The notes beneath the pieces are model-generated. The model was not told the DNA's origin, ran no database searches, and saw only the letters and a program-made list of their open reading frames with translations. 64,000 nucleotides of DNA from Eledone cirrhosa. Its lineage: Eukaryota. The stretch lies in NCBI GenBank assembly GCA_964016885.1, contig OZ024740.1:283340001-283404000 (forward strand). The letters run 5' to 3'. Of the stretch, positions 43,423-57,423 are shown piece after piece. Position 1 is the stretch's first letter. Every line of letters begins with the position of its first letter. Made by a program: the position numbers and the translations under genes.

Positions 43423-44079
43423 TCAACCACCATCCTTCACTGCCATACCAATGACAACTGTTACACTTCCCGCTTCTTTATCGTACATAGATACATATAT
43501 ACGTACATACATAGTTATTTAGATAGGTAGATATAGATAGATATATAGAGAGATACACCCCCTACACACCCACCCACACACACACACATACATGTATACA
43601 TGTGAGTGTGTGTATGAATGTATGCCTCTCTATCTATCTATATACATGTGTGTGTAAGTATTTGTGTGTACATGTGTGTGTGTGCGATGACAAAAGAACG
43701 AAGATCTGAATTTTGTTTATGTCAGCTGTAAGTGAACAAACACAATACCAGTCCTTTTATAGAATGTAAACTATAGAATACAATGTATGTTGTTTTCATA
43801 CATCGACACAAATATAGATGGTTTGTTATAATAGCTGAATGGAGATTCTGTGCTATTCACATGAATCTCACATTTTTAGATTTCAAGTCAGCAGTGTCTA
43901 AAATTATCGATGTCGACCATTAGGTATCACTGGGACTTACCAAGGGTTCTGTCTGGCCAAAGTCTTACACTTGTTTAACATATTAATATAGGGAAAATAA
44001 TAGAATAAAACGTACATTGCTTATATAGGTTTCCGCTTAATATAATTAGTCTTTATTGTCTATTTCATATTCTATTCAA

Positions 44080-44745
44080 TGGGTTGGCAGTATCGTTAGA
44101 GTGTCACACAAAAAGCTTTGCGGCATGGAGTTACAGACCTTTACATTCTGAGTCCAGATCCTATGAAAATTAGAAGCCATTATTATCACCATTAAATTAA
44201 GGGGTGGATTGGCAGAATCGGTAGAGGGTAGGACGCCATGCTTTGACGCATAGAGTTACGGCCCTTGCCATTCTGAGTTCAAATCCCGTCAAGGTTAACT
44301 TTGCCTTTCATCCTTACGAGGTCGATAAAATAAAGTACCGGTAATACACTGGGTAATTGCTGGCCGTGTGCCAAAATTAGAAGCCATTATTATCACCATT
44401 AATCTCGCCGAGGTTAACTTTGCCTTTCATCCTTACGAAGTCGATAAAATAAAGTACCAGTAATGCACTGGGATAATTGCTGGCTTTGTGTCAAAAGTAG
44501 AAACAATTATTATAACCAATGCTAGGATGGTTGATTGGCAATATCGGTAGAGTGTTGGACAACATGCTGTGTCGTATAGAGTTACGGACCTTTACGTTCT
44601 CTGTTCAAATCCCACCAAGTTTAGCTATGCCTTTCATCCTTACTGGGTCGATAAAATAAAGTACCAGTAACAAACTGGGGTCGATTTAAACAACTGTCCC
44701 TCCCCTAATATTGTTAGCCTAGTGTCTAAATCGGAAACCGTTATT
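44080..44745 (+). mobile_element. Cluster of four SINE family 1 copies or fragments
   Basis: Consensus matches at ~44080, 44202, 44400 and 44527. Confidence 0.85.
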
Positions 44746-44917
44746 CATTGTGTATAAGCATTAGATCAATGAAGAGTCATGGATCCCATTAAAGGATCGA
44801 TTGTCTAAACATGAGGAGGAGTTCTGCTTCAAGTAATGTGGAATAAATCAGTAACGCCATATTTAAACTGAACTCACAATATATATTACGGAATGTACCA
44901 TTGTAACCTAGTGTGTG

Positions 44918-45232
44918 AAGGCGCATGGCTTAGTGGTTAGAGCATTGGACTTTCAATCGAAATGTTGTTTGTTTGATTCTCGGACCGGTGATGCGTTGTG
45001 TCCTTGAGCAAGACACTTTATTTCACGTTGCTACAGTTCACTCAGCTATAGAAATGAGTTGCTGTATCGGCCATTGTTTTTCCCTTGGACAACATCGGTG
45101 GCGTGGAGAGGGGAGGCTGGTATGCATAGGTAACTACTGATCTTCCGTAAAACAAACCTTGCACAGGCTTGTGCCTCAGAGGGAAACTTTCTTGGTGCAA
45201 ATCACATGGTCATTAGTGAGCGAGTGGGACCT
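44918..45232 (+). mobile_element. Second tRNA-derived SINE family
   Basis: A-box tggcttagtggtt and central tgtgtccttgagcaagacacttt; related copies at ~21240-21510, 52897-53015 and 53940-54320. Confidence 0.8.
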
Positions 45233-47055
45233 CAAAAAGAAAAATCTACTGTGTTTCTTTAACAGGTTACACAGGTAAAGGTTGCAATAAAAATCGTGAG
45301 ATATTGCTCCCACGTCCAGGACAGTGTCACTTCTACGCACACACATGTTTCATCCATCCATGTGCTACCGAATTCCATGCAGAATCGTAGGGACGCCGTC
45401 TTGAGCATTTAAACTTAGCGGATCCAAATAATCTATAAGTCTGAACAGAAAACCATTTTCAAAAAGAGAAGGAAAGGGAAAAAGTAAATAAATTACCTCA
45501 GCATTGGATTGGTACTTTATTTATCGTTCCTCAAAGATGATTTTCTACAGAAGGAAAACCGCAATGCATTCTATCCGATTTTCTATCAATACTGCCTCTA
45601 ACGATACTACCCCTAACAAGTTCAACTGAGAATTGATTGCAAACAAAGCAGACGTCACTCTCTCTCTAAAGCTAAAAACTTTGTTCCCTCAGCTGATTGG
45701 TTGTAACATGTTTACAGCTAAGTAAGCGGAGCCATTGGTACAAACTGTTGTGAATATAGAAAATATTCATCCTGGTCCACTCCCACTGCAATGTGTAAAC
45801 ATTTTGCACAAAAATAATTTGCATTAACTAAGGCTTTCGTGGTTCTCTCACTTACTTCTCACAATCTGAAAACTCCAAAGTGTATTTCGTTCTTGAAATT
45901 GCGATAATAATTTCAGTTATTTCAAGTGTTTCCCATTCACCATATACGGAATACGAGAGTTTACTTGTATGTAACAGATATAACACTATGTAATCTGAAA
46001 AACAAAATTAATTTCCTCAACCAAGAATGTACCATGTCCAACCAACACTTGGTCAGCCCGGATAGGTAGGTCTAAACCCAGCATAGACACAGAGGCTTCA
46101 TCGAGCAGTAGATCGAAAACGCCTAGAGAGAAGACATGGTGTGGCACTGAATTAAATGTGTCTTGTATAACTAGGATGTTGCTCGGTTTGATGGATTGAG
46201 ATACACAATAGAAGCCACATGACTTACAGCAACACTAACAGCAATTACAGTGAAAAGTGAAAATTAGATGGGAAGAAAGAGAAAAGAAAGCGTTGCAGGT
46301 GTAAAAATAAGATGGGGGAAGAGGAGGACAAAAGGAATTATATTGCAAAGGGAGGACAAACAGAGAAACTAATCGCAAGAATAAAAAAGAAATATCAAGA
46401 ATAAGAAAAATAAGAAAAGATTAAGTTGGACCGACAGTATTCGTAGCTACAATGGATGAAATGAGTTGGAATGAGGGTGGGGAGAATAGAAGAAGAAGAA
46501 GAAGAAGAAGAAGAATTTGACGAAGTGTAGAGATCAGTTTTGACAACAATAATGACAGGGAACAAACAGCAACAAGACGAAGAACAAAAAAGAACAATAA
46601 CAAAAACAACAACAACAATGATAATAATAACAGCAAATGTGACGACGATGACGACAACATCAACAATAACAAAAATAATTAGAATTAAAATTAATATTGT
46701 CAACTTTAATTAAAATTAATTTCCACATTTCATTGTTGATTTCGTCATAGTGTGCCATGTTTGATATTGTTAATAATTTCTTTGCTATTGTAGTTGTCAT
46801 TGCTATCGCTGTCGTTAAGTTTAAGTTCTTATTCATGTTGATTATATATGAAGGTGTTGTTGTTGTTGTTGTTGTTATCGTTATGTTTGTTTTTTTTAGT
46901 TGTTGTTCATGCTGTCATACACATTTGATTATTTGTTTTATTTGTGATAATTGTTTTAGTTGGTAATGTTGTTGTTGTTGTTGTTGTTGTTGTAAGGATG
47001 TTTTTTCTCAATTTTCTAGTTCTACGTGTTGCTGTTGTAATAACTCATTATTTTC

Positions 47056-47240
47056 GGTGAATTGGCAGAATCGGTAGAGGGTTGGACGCCATGCTTTCTA
47101 GCAAAGTTACGTCCCTTTACAGTCTGAGTTCAAATCCCGCCGAGGTTAACTTTGCCTTTCATCCTTACGGGGTCGATAGAATAAAGTACCAGTAATGCAC
47201 TGGATAATTGCTGGCCTTGTGCCTAAAGTAGAAACAATTA
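47056..47240 (+). mobile_element. SINE family 1
   Basis: Consensus match. Confidence 0.9.
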
Positions 47241-47247
47241 TTTTATC

Positions 47248-47419
47248 ACTACTACTACTACTACTACTACTACTTAGTAGTAGTAGTAGTTGTTGTTGTT
47301 GTTGTTGTTGTTTTTGTTTTTGTTGCTGCTGTAGTAGGAGCAGCAGCAGTAGCAGTAGGAGCAGCAGCAGTAGCAGTAGTAGCAGCAGCTGTAGCAGTAG
47401 TAGGAGCAGCAGTAACAGC

Positions 47420-47458
<39 letters not shown>

Positions 47459-47551
47459 TGGAGTTGTTGTTTTTGTTGCTGCTGTAGTAGGAGCAGCAGC
47501 AGTAGCAGTAGGAGCAGCAGCAGTAGCAGTAGTAGGAGCAGCAGTAACAGC

Positions 47552-47608
<57 letters not shown>

Positions 47609-47707
47609 TGGAGTTGTTGTTTTTGTTGCTGCTGTAGTAAGAGCAGCAGCAGTAGTAGTAGTAGCAGCAGCATTAACAGCAGTAGTAGTAGTAGTAGCAG
47701 CAGCAGC

Positions 47708-47770
<63 letters not shown>

Positions 47771-47862
47771 TGGTGTTGTTGTTGTTGCTGTTGCTGTAGT
47801 AGAAGCAGTAGCAGTAGCAGTAGTAGTAGCAGCAGCAGCAATAGTAGTAGTAGTAGTAGTAG

Positions 47863-47905
<43 letters not shown>
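47248..47905. repeat. Compound (AGT)/(TGT)/(AGC) triplet repeat with higher-order duplications
   Basis: Block tgtttttgttgctgctgtagtaggagcagc recurs. Confidence 0.92.
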
Positions 47906-47906
<1 letters not shown>

Positions 47907-48173
47907 CATGTTAATGTGTTACGTGATGCCATCATTTTTTCTCAGACGGTTCATTAAATTCATACAGAAGTTGTCAGCTAAAAAATGGCAATGGTATGAT
48001 TAATATATGTTATCCAGTGTATCGCCGCCCCACTACCAACATACTATCCGCTCACTTAACCATTGGTTGTTTATCAGAGACTAATGTACAATCTCTTAGT
48101 CTTCAAGATGTTAAACAGTTCTCTCTGTCATTCTCTCTCTTTATTTCTCTCTCTCTCTCTCACCCACTCTCTA

Positions 48174-48210
<37 letters not shown>

Positions 48211-48225
48211 TTAAAAAAACACACA

Positions 48226-48527
<302 letters not shown>

Positions 48528-48624
48528 TTCACGGCTCAGAAATGCTTCTTTCTTTGAGCTAATTAATCGTAAAGGACTGTTTGAGTTTACAACTCTAAAT
48601 ATAATATAATATATATATATATAT

Positions 48625-48865
48625 TAATTTATTAAAATAACAGATTAAAGTTTAAGCAAAGAATCGCTGCTTTCACCCTTAACGGGATCTTCTGAAACTA
48701 ACAAAGTCAATCTGTGAACGCAGAAGTGAATATTTAAAAAAACGTTGCAACCGGAGGAAGACAGAAAGACGATACTTTGGTTCGTGGAAACGTTCCCTGG
48801 CAAATATATATATATATATGCAGAGGTTATATTTAATTTGTTGGGATTCAACAAGCTTAAACATT
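48625..48865 (-). mobile_element. Element family D with non-canonical hammerhead-like core (CAGAAGA)
   Basis: Homologous to 52570-52645 and 56968-57118. Confidence 0.7.
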
Positions 48866-49034
48866 TTTATAACTGATATAAAGCACTCAACAGCTTAGTG
48901 GAGTAAATACACAATATATTAATAAATGGAAACTATATTTATAAAACCATATTTATTTTATTATCCAGGAAGCTTCAACCGTTAAGGTTGTCTTTTTTCC
49001 GGGTATGTCAATATTTATTTATAAAACAAATCTG

Positions 49035-49100
49035 TATTTTATCTGATGAAAGCGCACCATAATTTGCCTTGGTTGCCCTTGAAATATATATAATGAAATA
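49035..49100 (+). ncRNA. Type I hammerhead ribozyme motif (family B)
   Basis: TATTTTAT-CTGATGA(49043-49049)-stem II-GAAA(49081)-TATATA-TA-ATGAAATA. Confidence 0.8.
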
Positions 49101-50130
49101 AATATGGTTTTATAAATATAGTTTCCATTTATTAATATATTGTATATATTCATTTTCGCTCTGCTTACATAAATCCCATAGAACTTTCCATAAAGTATAC
49201 AGCTAATATCTTACTACCTAATTAGTTTAACATCTTCTTTTCTCAAACGCCTTTATATTTTTTACAAATATACCCATCTTTCTACCTTATTTCAGTTTAT
49301 TATACAATATTACTCATACTATGTCGTTAGCGGTCCCCTAATTTTCTTTTTTTTTTACTTTCTAATATTTAATCTGCAACTTTTACTTCTCAATTACTTC
49401 TTAATTCATATTATAACTCACTATACCATTTTCCTTATATTCTCGGCCATACAAATCTTTATTTTTAATATATACTAATACTACCATTAGAGACATTTTG
49501 TAAACATATTTTTTTGACGTTATATATTTTTTTCTTCCTTGAATCTCTTCTTTCTTTTTTGCTTCCGTGCTCGGATTAAATCTATTATTTACTTTTTCCT
49601 ATTACAATATATGGAAATTAAACTTGGACCCTAATTAATTCCTCTAAGTTCATAATTCATTTAAACTTATCTTCATTCACCTTATCTTCTTAATATATTT
49701 TATTTTAATAATACATTTTAATAAATTCCCTTTCGCACATCTTATTAAACCCTTCAATATATAAACCTTAAATGAATAGTATTCTTAATTCCTTTTTCTT
49801 TAATCATCAGCATCACCATTCATAAACCTCATTAACTTTTAATTTCTAATTTTTCTTAAAATTATGTATTACCTTACAACGGTTTTTTTTTATTTTTCTC
49901 TGTGAGACAGTGTTTCTCAGTATTAAAGGTTATCTGTCTCTCTCTCATTTTCTCATCCTTTCCTTAGTATTATTTTTTTTTTCTTCTATCTATATTCTTT
50001 CTTCCTCTTCCTTACCTTTTCCTTTCTCGCTTCCTTTCCTTTTTTCACAATCTCATATATCCATCTTATTTTATTTTTCATATGTTGATTTAACACTTCA
50101 CTGCTCGCAAGTGTTTTTTAAGCTTCATAT

Positions 50131-50215
50131 CATGTCTCCCTATTTTATCTGATGAGAACGCAAATATCATCCCATGATGATATTTGTTTTTGAAATGCGC
50201 ATAATAAAATACATG
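50131..50215 (+). ncRNA. Type I hammerhead ribozyme motif (family A, best copy)
   Basis: Stem I 50141-48/50204-11; CTGATGA 50149-55; 11-bp perfect stem II caaatatcatc/gatgatatttg; GAAA 50192-95; palindromic TGCGCA; predicted cleavage after A50203. Confidence 0.9.
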
Positions 50216-50331
50216 GAACTCTTTTAACCATCTTTTGATTTTATATTATTTATACTCCAGTCCTATAAACTGTTGAGTGCTACTTATCCGATATTTGCAT
50301 TGAGTTATTGTGCTACAATAAAACTCACCTC

Positions 50332-50399
<68 letters not shown>

Positions 50400-50407
50400 T
50401 CTGTATA

Positions 50408-50588
50408 TAGGAAAAAGTATGACCCAGACTAAATCAGAATTCTAATTTAGTCCAGAAATAGCCGTCGAAACGGCTTGGGCTCTGATGTCGGGGTCATACT
50501 TTTTCCTATTACCCACTCTACTACCCTAAAAATTGAGTACTCTGGTGTGTTATGGTCCATCTGGTCCCTTACCACAAATCCTTCGTAC

Positions 50589-50642
<54 letters not shown>

Positions 50643-50830
50643 AACAAGTAAGACCCCGACGGCTGAGCTCAAGCCGTTTCGACGGCTAATTCTGTACTGA
50701 ATTAGCCGTCGAAACGGCTTGAGCTCAGCCGTCGGGATCTTACTTGTTCCTATTACCCACTCTACTACCCTAAGTATTGAGTACTTTGGTGCGTTATGGT
50801 CCACCTGGTTCCTTATCACATTTCCTTCGT
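50408..50830 (+). mobile_element. Two fold-back family C elements separated by a TA tract
   Basis: 50408-50590 and 50638-50830, each with inverted arms and the family C 3' end. Confidence 0.85.
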
Positions 50831-50899
<69 letters not shown>

Positions 50900-50939
50900 T
50901 GCCCCCGTCATCGAGTATGGCACTATATACCATTATTAA

Positions 50940-51155
50940 TGATTTCTTATATAGGCACAAGGCCAGTAATTTTCGGAGGGGAGGGGAGTCAATTAAATCA
51001 AACTAGTGTGTTACTGGTACTTTATTTTGTCGTCCCCGTAAGGATGAGAGGCAAAGTTTATCACAGCGGGATGTAAACTCAGATCATAAAGGGCCGTAAC
51101 TCTATTCTGAAAAGCATGGCGTCTGACCCACTACCGATACTGCCAATCCCCCGCC
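50940..51155 (-). mobile_element. SINE family 1
   Basis: Reverse-complement consensus. Confidence 0.88.
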
Positions 51156-51799
51156 CTCATATGCCATTATTAATAATTATTAATTAATTCTATCGTGCAA
51201 TGCCTGTGTATGAAGATTTTTTTTTTTAAGTGAGGTAAGACTGCACTGACACAATCCCACTCTCTGGGCGACAGTAGCTATAACCCGAAAAGAAGAAAAG
51301 ATCAACATCATCGGTAACTACTAAGCCGCAGGTTTTATATCGGAGTTATCCCAGTTTCCTGAGTTGCCTTCTCCTAGAAGAATGCCCTGATAAAGGTTAG
51401 GGCTCCTTTACTTCCAGCGGTTTAACCGCGCGATCGGGTGTCCAGCCCGACTATTTCTATGTCCCCGCGCATATACACACACATGCACCTATGTATATAC
51501 ACATATACATATACATATATATGTACATGTGTATATACATATTTACACACTTTTGGATGGCCGTTGACTCATAGAAGTTCTTCCGCCCTTTGTCAGGTTT
51601 TGTTTTTTGTCCTGCAGGGAGTCTAAAATCACCCTCCTCACCAAGTAGACTTGGTGGGGTTGCTGGTTTAGTCGCCGACGACCCGACCATGCGACAGGTT
51701 GTACTGGGTTACATGTTACCAGTAGCACTCAGGAGTGACCCGACATAATATACATACATACATACATACATACATACATACATACATACATACAAACAT

Positions 51800-51926
<127 letters not shown>

Positions 51927-52067
51927 TTGAGTATATGTTGGTTGTTTACCGACACCTCAGTATGCAGATTGGAGCACTCGACGAAGTGCTCAGGTTGGTT
52001 TTGTTACTCCGGAGTAATGTAAAATAAAATAAATAAGTCAAATATTTAAAATTTGGCTTCGTTTATT

Positions 52068-52122
52068 ACTGCTATATATATTTCGGTGACAGCCATCTTT
52101 GGCTGTGACCTCTTCAGGCAGT
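52068..52122 (-). ncRNA. Type I hammerhead ribozyme motif (family G)
   Basis: Minus strand ACTGC-CTGAAGA-ggtcacagcca aaga tggctgtcacc-GAAA-TATATA-TA-GCAGT. Confidence 0.87.
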
Positions 52123-52277
52123 CCGAATTGGTGTGGTAGAGACGGGTACACATGTTGTTCTGGTTGGGTTGTTATTTCTAAGTAACAACCCAACTATGAA
52201 CTGGGCATATCGGAGTATTGACGAAGTTAAACACATCAACAACAACATGTGTACCCGTCTCTACCACACCAATTCGG

Positions 52278-52332
52278 ACTGCCTGAAGAGGTCACAGCCA
52301 AAGATGGCTGTCACAGAAATATGTATAGCAGT
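52278..52332 (+). ncRNA. Type I hammerhead ribozyme motif (family G, mirror copy)
   Basis: ACTGC-CTGAAGA(52283-89)-stem II-GAAA(52316-19)-TATGTA-TA-GCAGT. Confidence 0.8.
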
Positions 52333-52378
52333 AATAAACGAAGCCAAATTTTAAATATTTGACTTATTTATTTTATTT

Positions 52379-52473
<95 letters not shown>

Positions 52474-52638
52474 ATAATAATAAATTTGAAGACTAAAATC
52501 GAAAGAGGGCTCGATAAGGATAAATATATATATCAGATACATAAGAACCGTAGACCAAATTTATTTTAGAGCAAATAGTTTCAGAAGATCCTGTTAAGGG
52601 TGAAAGCAGCTGTTCTTTGCTTAAACTTTAATCTGTTA

Positions 52639-52679
<41 letters not shown>

Positions 52680-52685
<6 letters not shown>

Positions 52686-52892
52686 AGCTTCAGGATCCCG
52701 AGAGGTGAGCTCCGGCCGTTTCGACAGCTAGATCCGGAGCTCGGCCATCGGGGTCATGAATCTTTTCATATTAACCACTCTACTACCCCAAGTATCGAGT
52801 ACTCTGGTGGGTTATCTTCCACCTGGTATCTTACACAATTCCTTCTATATACAGTACCGATTGTGTTGTTATTTCTGTTTACATTTTACATA
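52680..52892 (+). mobile_element. Fold-back family C-related element
   Basis: Inverted arms around 52700-52760; 3' end shared with 10130-10175. Confidence 0.7.
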
Positions 52893-53416
52893 TATAAGGC
52901 GTGTGGCTGAGTGGTTAGGGAATTGGATTCGCAATCGTAAGGTTGTGAGTTCGATTCCTGGACCAGGTGATGCGTTATGTCCTTGAGCAAGACACTTTAT
53001 TTCACGTTGCTCCTTCTACCTGGAGTTGCGACCGATAGAATGTATTAGCAATTGGAAAGACCAACGGAAACATTGTTCCCTCGGTCCGATTTGACGAAAG
53101 TCGATCGTTACTATATATATATATATATATACGTATTGTATATCTAACAATGTACGGTATGTTCATTTTCAAACATTTGGAAGGTCTTTTGTTGTGAAGT
53201 TTAAGGTAATGACGAACGACACATATTTAGCAAGAGCAAGGGGAAGTAATCGGCGATGTCACCGTTTATATATATATAAACGTTAAAATAGGTTTCTGTA
53301 ATTACATAATTGTATTTCATGATAATATAATATACATTCTATCCACGTGGAGCGCTTAATTCTGCTTTTACCATAGCTTATTGATGACAATGTTACACAC
53401 GCAAAATTTCCAGAAC

Positions 53417-53448
<32 letters not shown>

Positions 53449-53651
53449 AGGGATATTCAATTTTTAGGTAATTCAACAAATATAAATGTTTATAACTGAT
53501 TCAGAGCACTCAACAAATTTTCTGGAGTATAATATGCAATGATATTAAATAAATGGAAACTATATTTATAGAATAAATATGGTTTTATGGTTTTATGGTT
53601 TTAAATAGAATAAATATGGTTTTATAAATATAGTTTCCATTTAGTTAATAT

Positions 53652-53691
<40 letters not shown>

Positions 53692-53901
53692 TGTGAGAAA
53701 AAACACAGACCCTCCATCTCAACTCACCTTTTGAAACGCAGAAGAACTGCGAAACTGGTAAAGGAACCAAATAAATATATATATGTTTTAAAAAAATAAG
53801 ACTCCAGTTGCATTTTCGATTTCATCTCTTTTTCTTTATACTTTCACTCGTGTAGGACACCTCGGTTATTTTTCAATTTGTAAAAAAAACCTCACTTTCT
53901 A

Positions 53902-53943
<42 letters not shown>

Positions 53944-54762
53944 ACTTCATGATTGTAAGCGTTGGGCAAGCAATCTTGAGGTTGTGAATTCTATTCTCGG
54001 ACGGAGTAATACATTTTGTTCTTGAACAAGTCATTTTATTTCCTGTTGCTCCAGTTCATTCATCTGTACAAATGACTTGCGACATCACTGGTGCCTAGCA
54101 GTATCGGCCATTACCTTTCCTTGGACAATATCTATGGCGTGGAGAAAACAGAATGGTATGCATAAGCGTAAGCGACTACTGGTCTTTCACAAACAACTTT
54201 GTCCGTGCTAAAAGTTTGACAGCCTTACCCCTCGCTATTTCCACGTTTAACCATAGCTCAACGGATTAAATCCTGATGTTCGAAAGCCCCCAGGAAACTC
54301 CTGCACTCAATGAGCGGGACCTCAGATATCTTTATAACATTATATAATGCTCCGGTTTGTACCATTTATAGAGGTCGTTGAGTGCTTCATTCTATTTGCA
54401 TCACAGCTGACTGACTAAAATGTGGTCTGAACATCTCTTGCCAGTTAGTCCCATATTATAATAATTATATATATATACATATCTGTGTGTGCGCATGTGT
54501 GTGTATATGTATGTATGTATCTGTGTGTGTGTGTGAGCGCGTACAAATTAAAGAGAAGATCATTCAACACATTATGTGAAGTTGAGAATAATTATTTTAA
54601 GATTATAGCTTAACTCCGCATTACTATTGATTTCAAACCGAAGACAACTCTATGTTAGCAGATGTATTGAAGAAAAGGTAAAACAAAATAAAGAATGGAG
54701 TTCAATGGATCATGAATACTGTTCAACCTTTCAACCGTACAACAGATTGGCAGAGAGGCATG

Positions 54763-54798
54763 CAGTCCTGATGATGGGTAATGACCCAGAAACATGTT
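54763..54798 (+). ncRNA. Hammerhead core with stem I 3' strand missing
   Basis: CTGATGA(54768-74)-TGGGT aatg ACCCA-GAAA-CATG-TT, followed almost immediately by a SINE. Confidence 0.6.
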
Positions 54799-54804
54799 GT
54801 TAAT

Positions 54805-54910
54805 AATTGTTTCTACTTTTTGGCACAAGGCCAGCAATTACCCCAATGCATTACTGGTACTTTATTTTATCGACCCTGTAAGGATGAATAGCAAATTTAA
54901 TCTCGGCGGG
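54805..54910 (-). mobile_element. SINE family 1, 3' half
   Basis: Reverse-complement consensus. Confidence 0.85.
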
Positions 54911-55011
54911 AATATTATTATTAATGTTTGATATAACCCATACCTACATATGTTTATGTATAAAAGTGTGTATGTGTATATATATATATGTGTGTACGTA
55001 TGTATACTAAC

Positions 55012-55066
<55 letters not shown>

Positions 55067-55204
55067 AATGTATAGATTATAGATATATATGTGTGTGTGT
55101 GTGTGACTATGAAGTCACCCTAAATCAGCTAAGTCGTTTAACTTTGGAAAAATGCGTCATAATTTGGCGCATAATTCAATACACATACATAGCCACACAC
55201 ACAT

Positions 55205-55254
<50 letters not shown>

Positions 55255-55262
55255 GCGCGCGC

Positions 55263-55343
<81 letters not shown>

Positions 55344-55362
55344 TATGTGTGTGTGTCTGTGT

Positions 55363-55400
<38 letters not shown>

Positions 55401-55929
55401 TTATAGATAATAGATATATGTATTGAGTTATGCACACAAGTATGACGTAAGTTGCAAAGGTGAAATGACTTATTTAATTTAAAGTGACGTCATAGTTAAA
55501 TTCTCAGAAGATTTTTTATTTTGCTTCTTTCAAAGAACGTAAACATTTCAGCTTGTCACAGTGTAATAAGATAGCTATTGAATGATTGTGTTTATAGTTG
55601 ATATTAATATAGTTGATATTAATATTCATTCAGTTTAGAAATATTAATCGTAGTAAGGAAACGAAAAAGATACTGATAAAAAAGAAGGAAAAATGAAAAG
55701 AAAATAGGCAATGAAAGAACAGAAGAGTTACAGGGATCAACATACTCTATACCCCAATCTTAGCAGTATATTTCAGTTGCATTCTGTGTACAAAAGGGCA
55801 AAATTATTGCTGCGAAGAATGGCAAATGGCACTCGCTGCATCAACCACCGTACATCACGGAGCTCCATTGTTAATCTGGTAGGTAGGTCTTCACTAATAC
55901 AATATTTCTTCAGTCTTCACGATCCTTTG

Positions 55930-56710
55930 TCATTGCCGTTGTGAAGTTCAGAGTATTAAGATCGGTTTTTCACTACCTCATGCGACCTCTTACATGAATC
56001 CCACCCATTGCGATGTATGTCCACTTCTTTATACAGCTGTCATCTTCCATACTATTCACATCCTCATACCAACGTAGCCTTCTTTCTTGCACGCTGCAAT
56101 CTATTTCTCTTAAGATAATTTTTTCTCTCATATCGCTCATACAACGTTGTTCATTCACATTGACATTGCAAATCCATGGGAATATACTCACTTCAATTCC
56201 TTCTAACCTTTGCAGTTCGTGTGCAGTCAAGACCCACGTTTCACTATCATGTAGTATTGCTGTTCGTACGCATGCATTATGCAGTGTACGCTTCACAGAG
56301 AGGGAGAAGCCATCTATAGTCAGCAGAGCTATCATCACCCTAAACAACTTCCATCCGATTCTAACCTTATTTTCATACATTCAGAGCATCCTTCTCTACT
56401 GATATTTGGTGCAATAGATAACAAAAGATGTTAACAACTTCTAGTGATCCTTCCTAACAACTGAGAGAATCTATTTTACCTGCGCTGTTGGTGCTTGCTT
56501 CTGTTTGCATCGGTCGCGATCCCATTAAATCATTTGTGCTTCCATAGAAATTCAGTGTACAGCTTAGGGAGTTCTTGGCCACCCATTTTCGACACATCGT
56601 GGAAGGCCATATTCTCTGCCAGTAAAGCTTATCTCTCCTCCTTGCTACTTAAGATGTTTTGTCATTGCTAAGTTAAAATTTAGACTTTTCGACTTTAGCT
56701 TTTTCTTCCG
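55930..56710 (-). mobile_element. Decayed RTE-clade LINE 3' region
   Basis: RIGWKLFR...FSLSVKRTLHNACVRTAILHDSETW...ERRLRWY motifs. Confidence 0.85.
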
Positions 56711-56967
56711 GGATGGAACAAATACATAGTGTCCATAATCATCCTTTTGGGTTGATTTTCGGAAGTAAACATGTTAAGATTGCGTGTTGTGAGGAAAGGT
56801 GAATTCAGAGATGATCTTCCTTCACTGCACAGGTGTATACATACGTATATATATATATATATATCATAAATCATGTCCTTAGAATTATTAGATAAAATAT
56901 ATACTATTTCCTCTTCTAATTAGCATAATTAACCATATAAAAAATCAATTATATATATATATATATA

Positions 56968-57206
56968 TATTAAAATAACAGATTAAAGTTTAAGCAAAGA
57001 ATCGCTGCTTTCACCCTTAACGGGATCTTCTGAAAGTAACTAATGGTTAGTTTCAGAAGATCCCGTTAAGGGTGAAAGCAGCGATTTTTTGCTTAAACTT
57101 TAATCTGTTATTTTAATAAATATTTGCTCTACGGTTCTTATATATTTGATATATATTTATCCTTATCGAGCCCTCTTTGGATTTTAGTCTTCAAATTTAT
57201 TATTAT

Positions 57207-57210
<4 letters not shown>
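56968..57210. mobile_element. Fold-back family D element with mirrored CAGAAGA cores
   Basis: 56968-57035 is the reverse complement of 57051-57118; 3' part matches 36610-36700 and 52470-52560. Confidence 0.85.
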
Positions 57211-57248
<38 letters not shown>

Positions 57249-57323
57249 CTTCCATATACTATGCCGTTTGTTTCGTTATTTTTGTTATTTCTATTTACAT
57301 TTTACATATATATATGTGTGCGT

Positions 57324-57370
<47 letters not shown>

Positions 57371-57423
57371 TGTTTTATATAAAAAAGGTTCTAACGTGCT
57401 ACTTTTTCAATATTTATTCTCAA

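Noticed and set aside
45266-45390. EGF-like exon (GYTGKGC) or kinase VAIK motif
   Set aside because: No supporting EGF or kinase exons nearby; position fits the iGluR S1 segment in the collinear series
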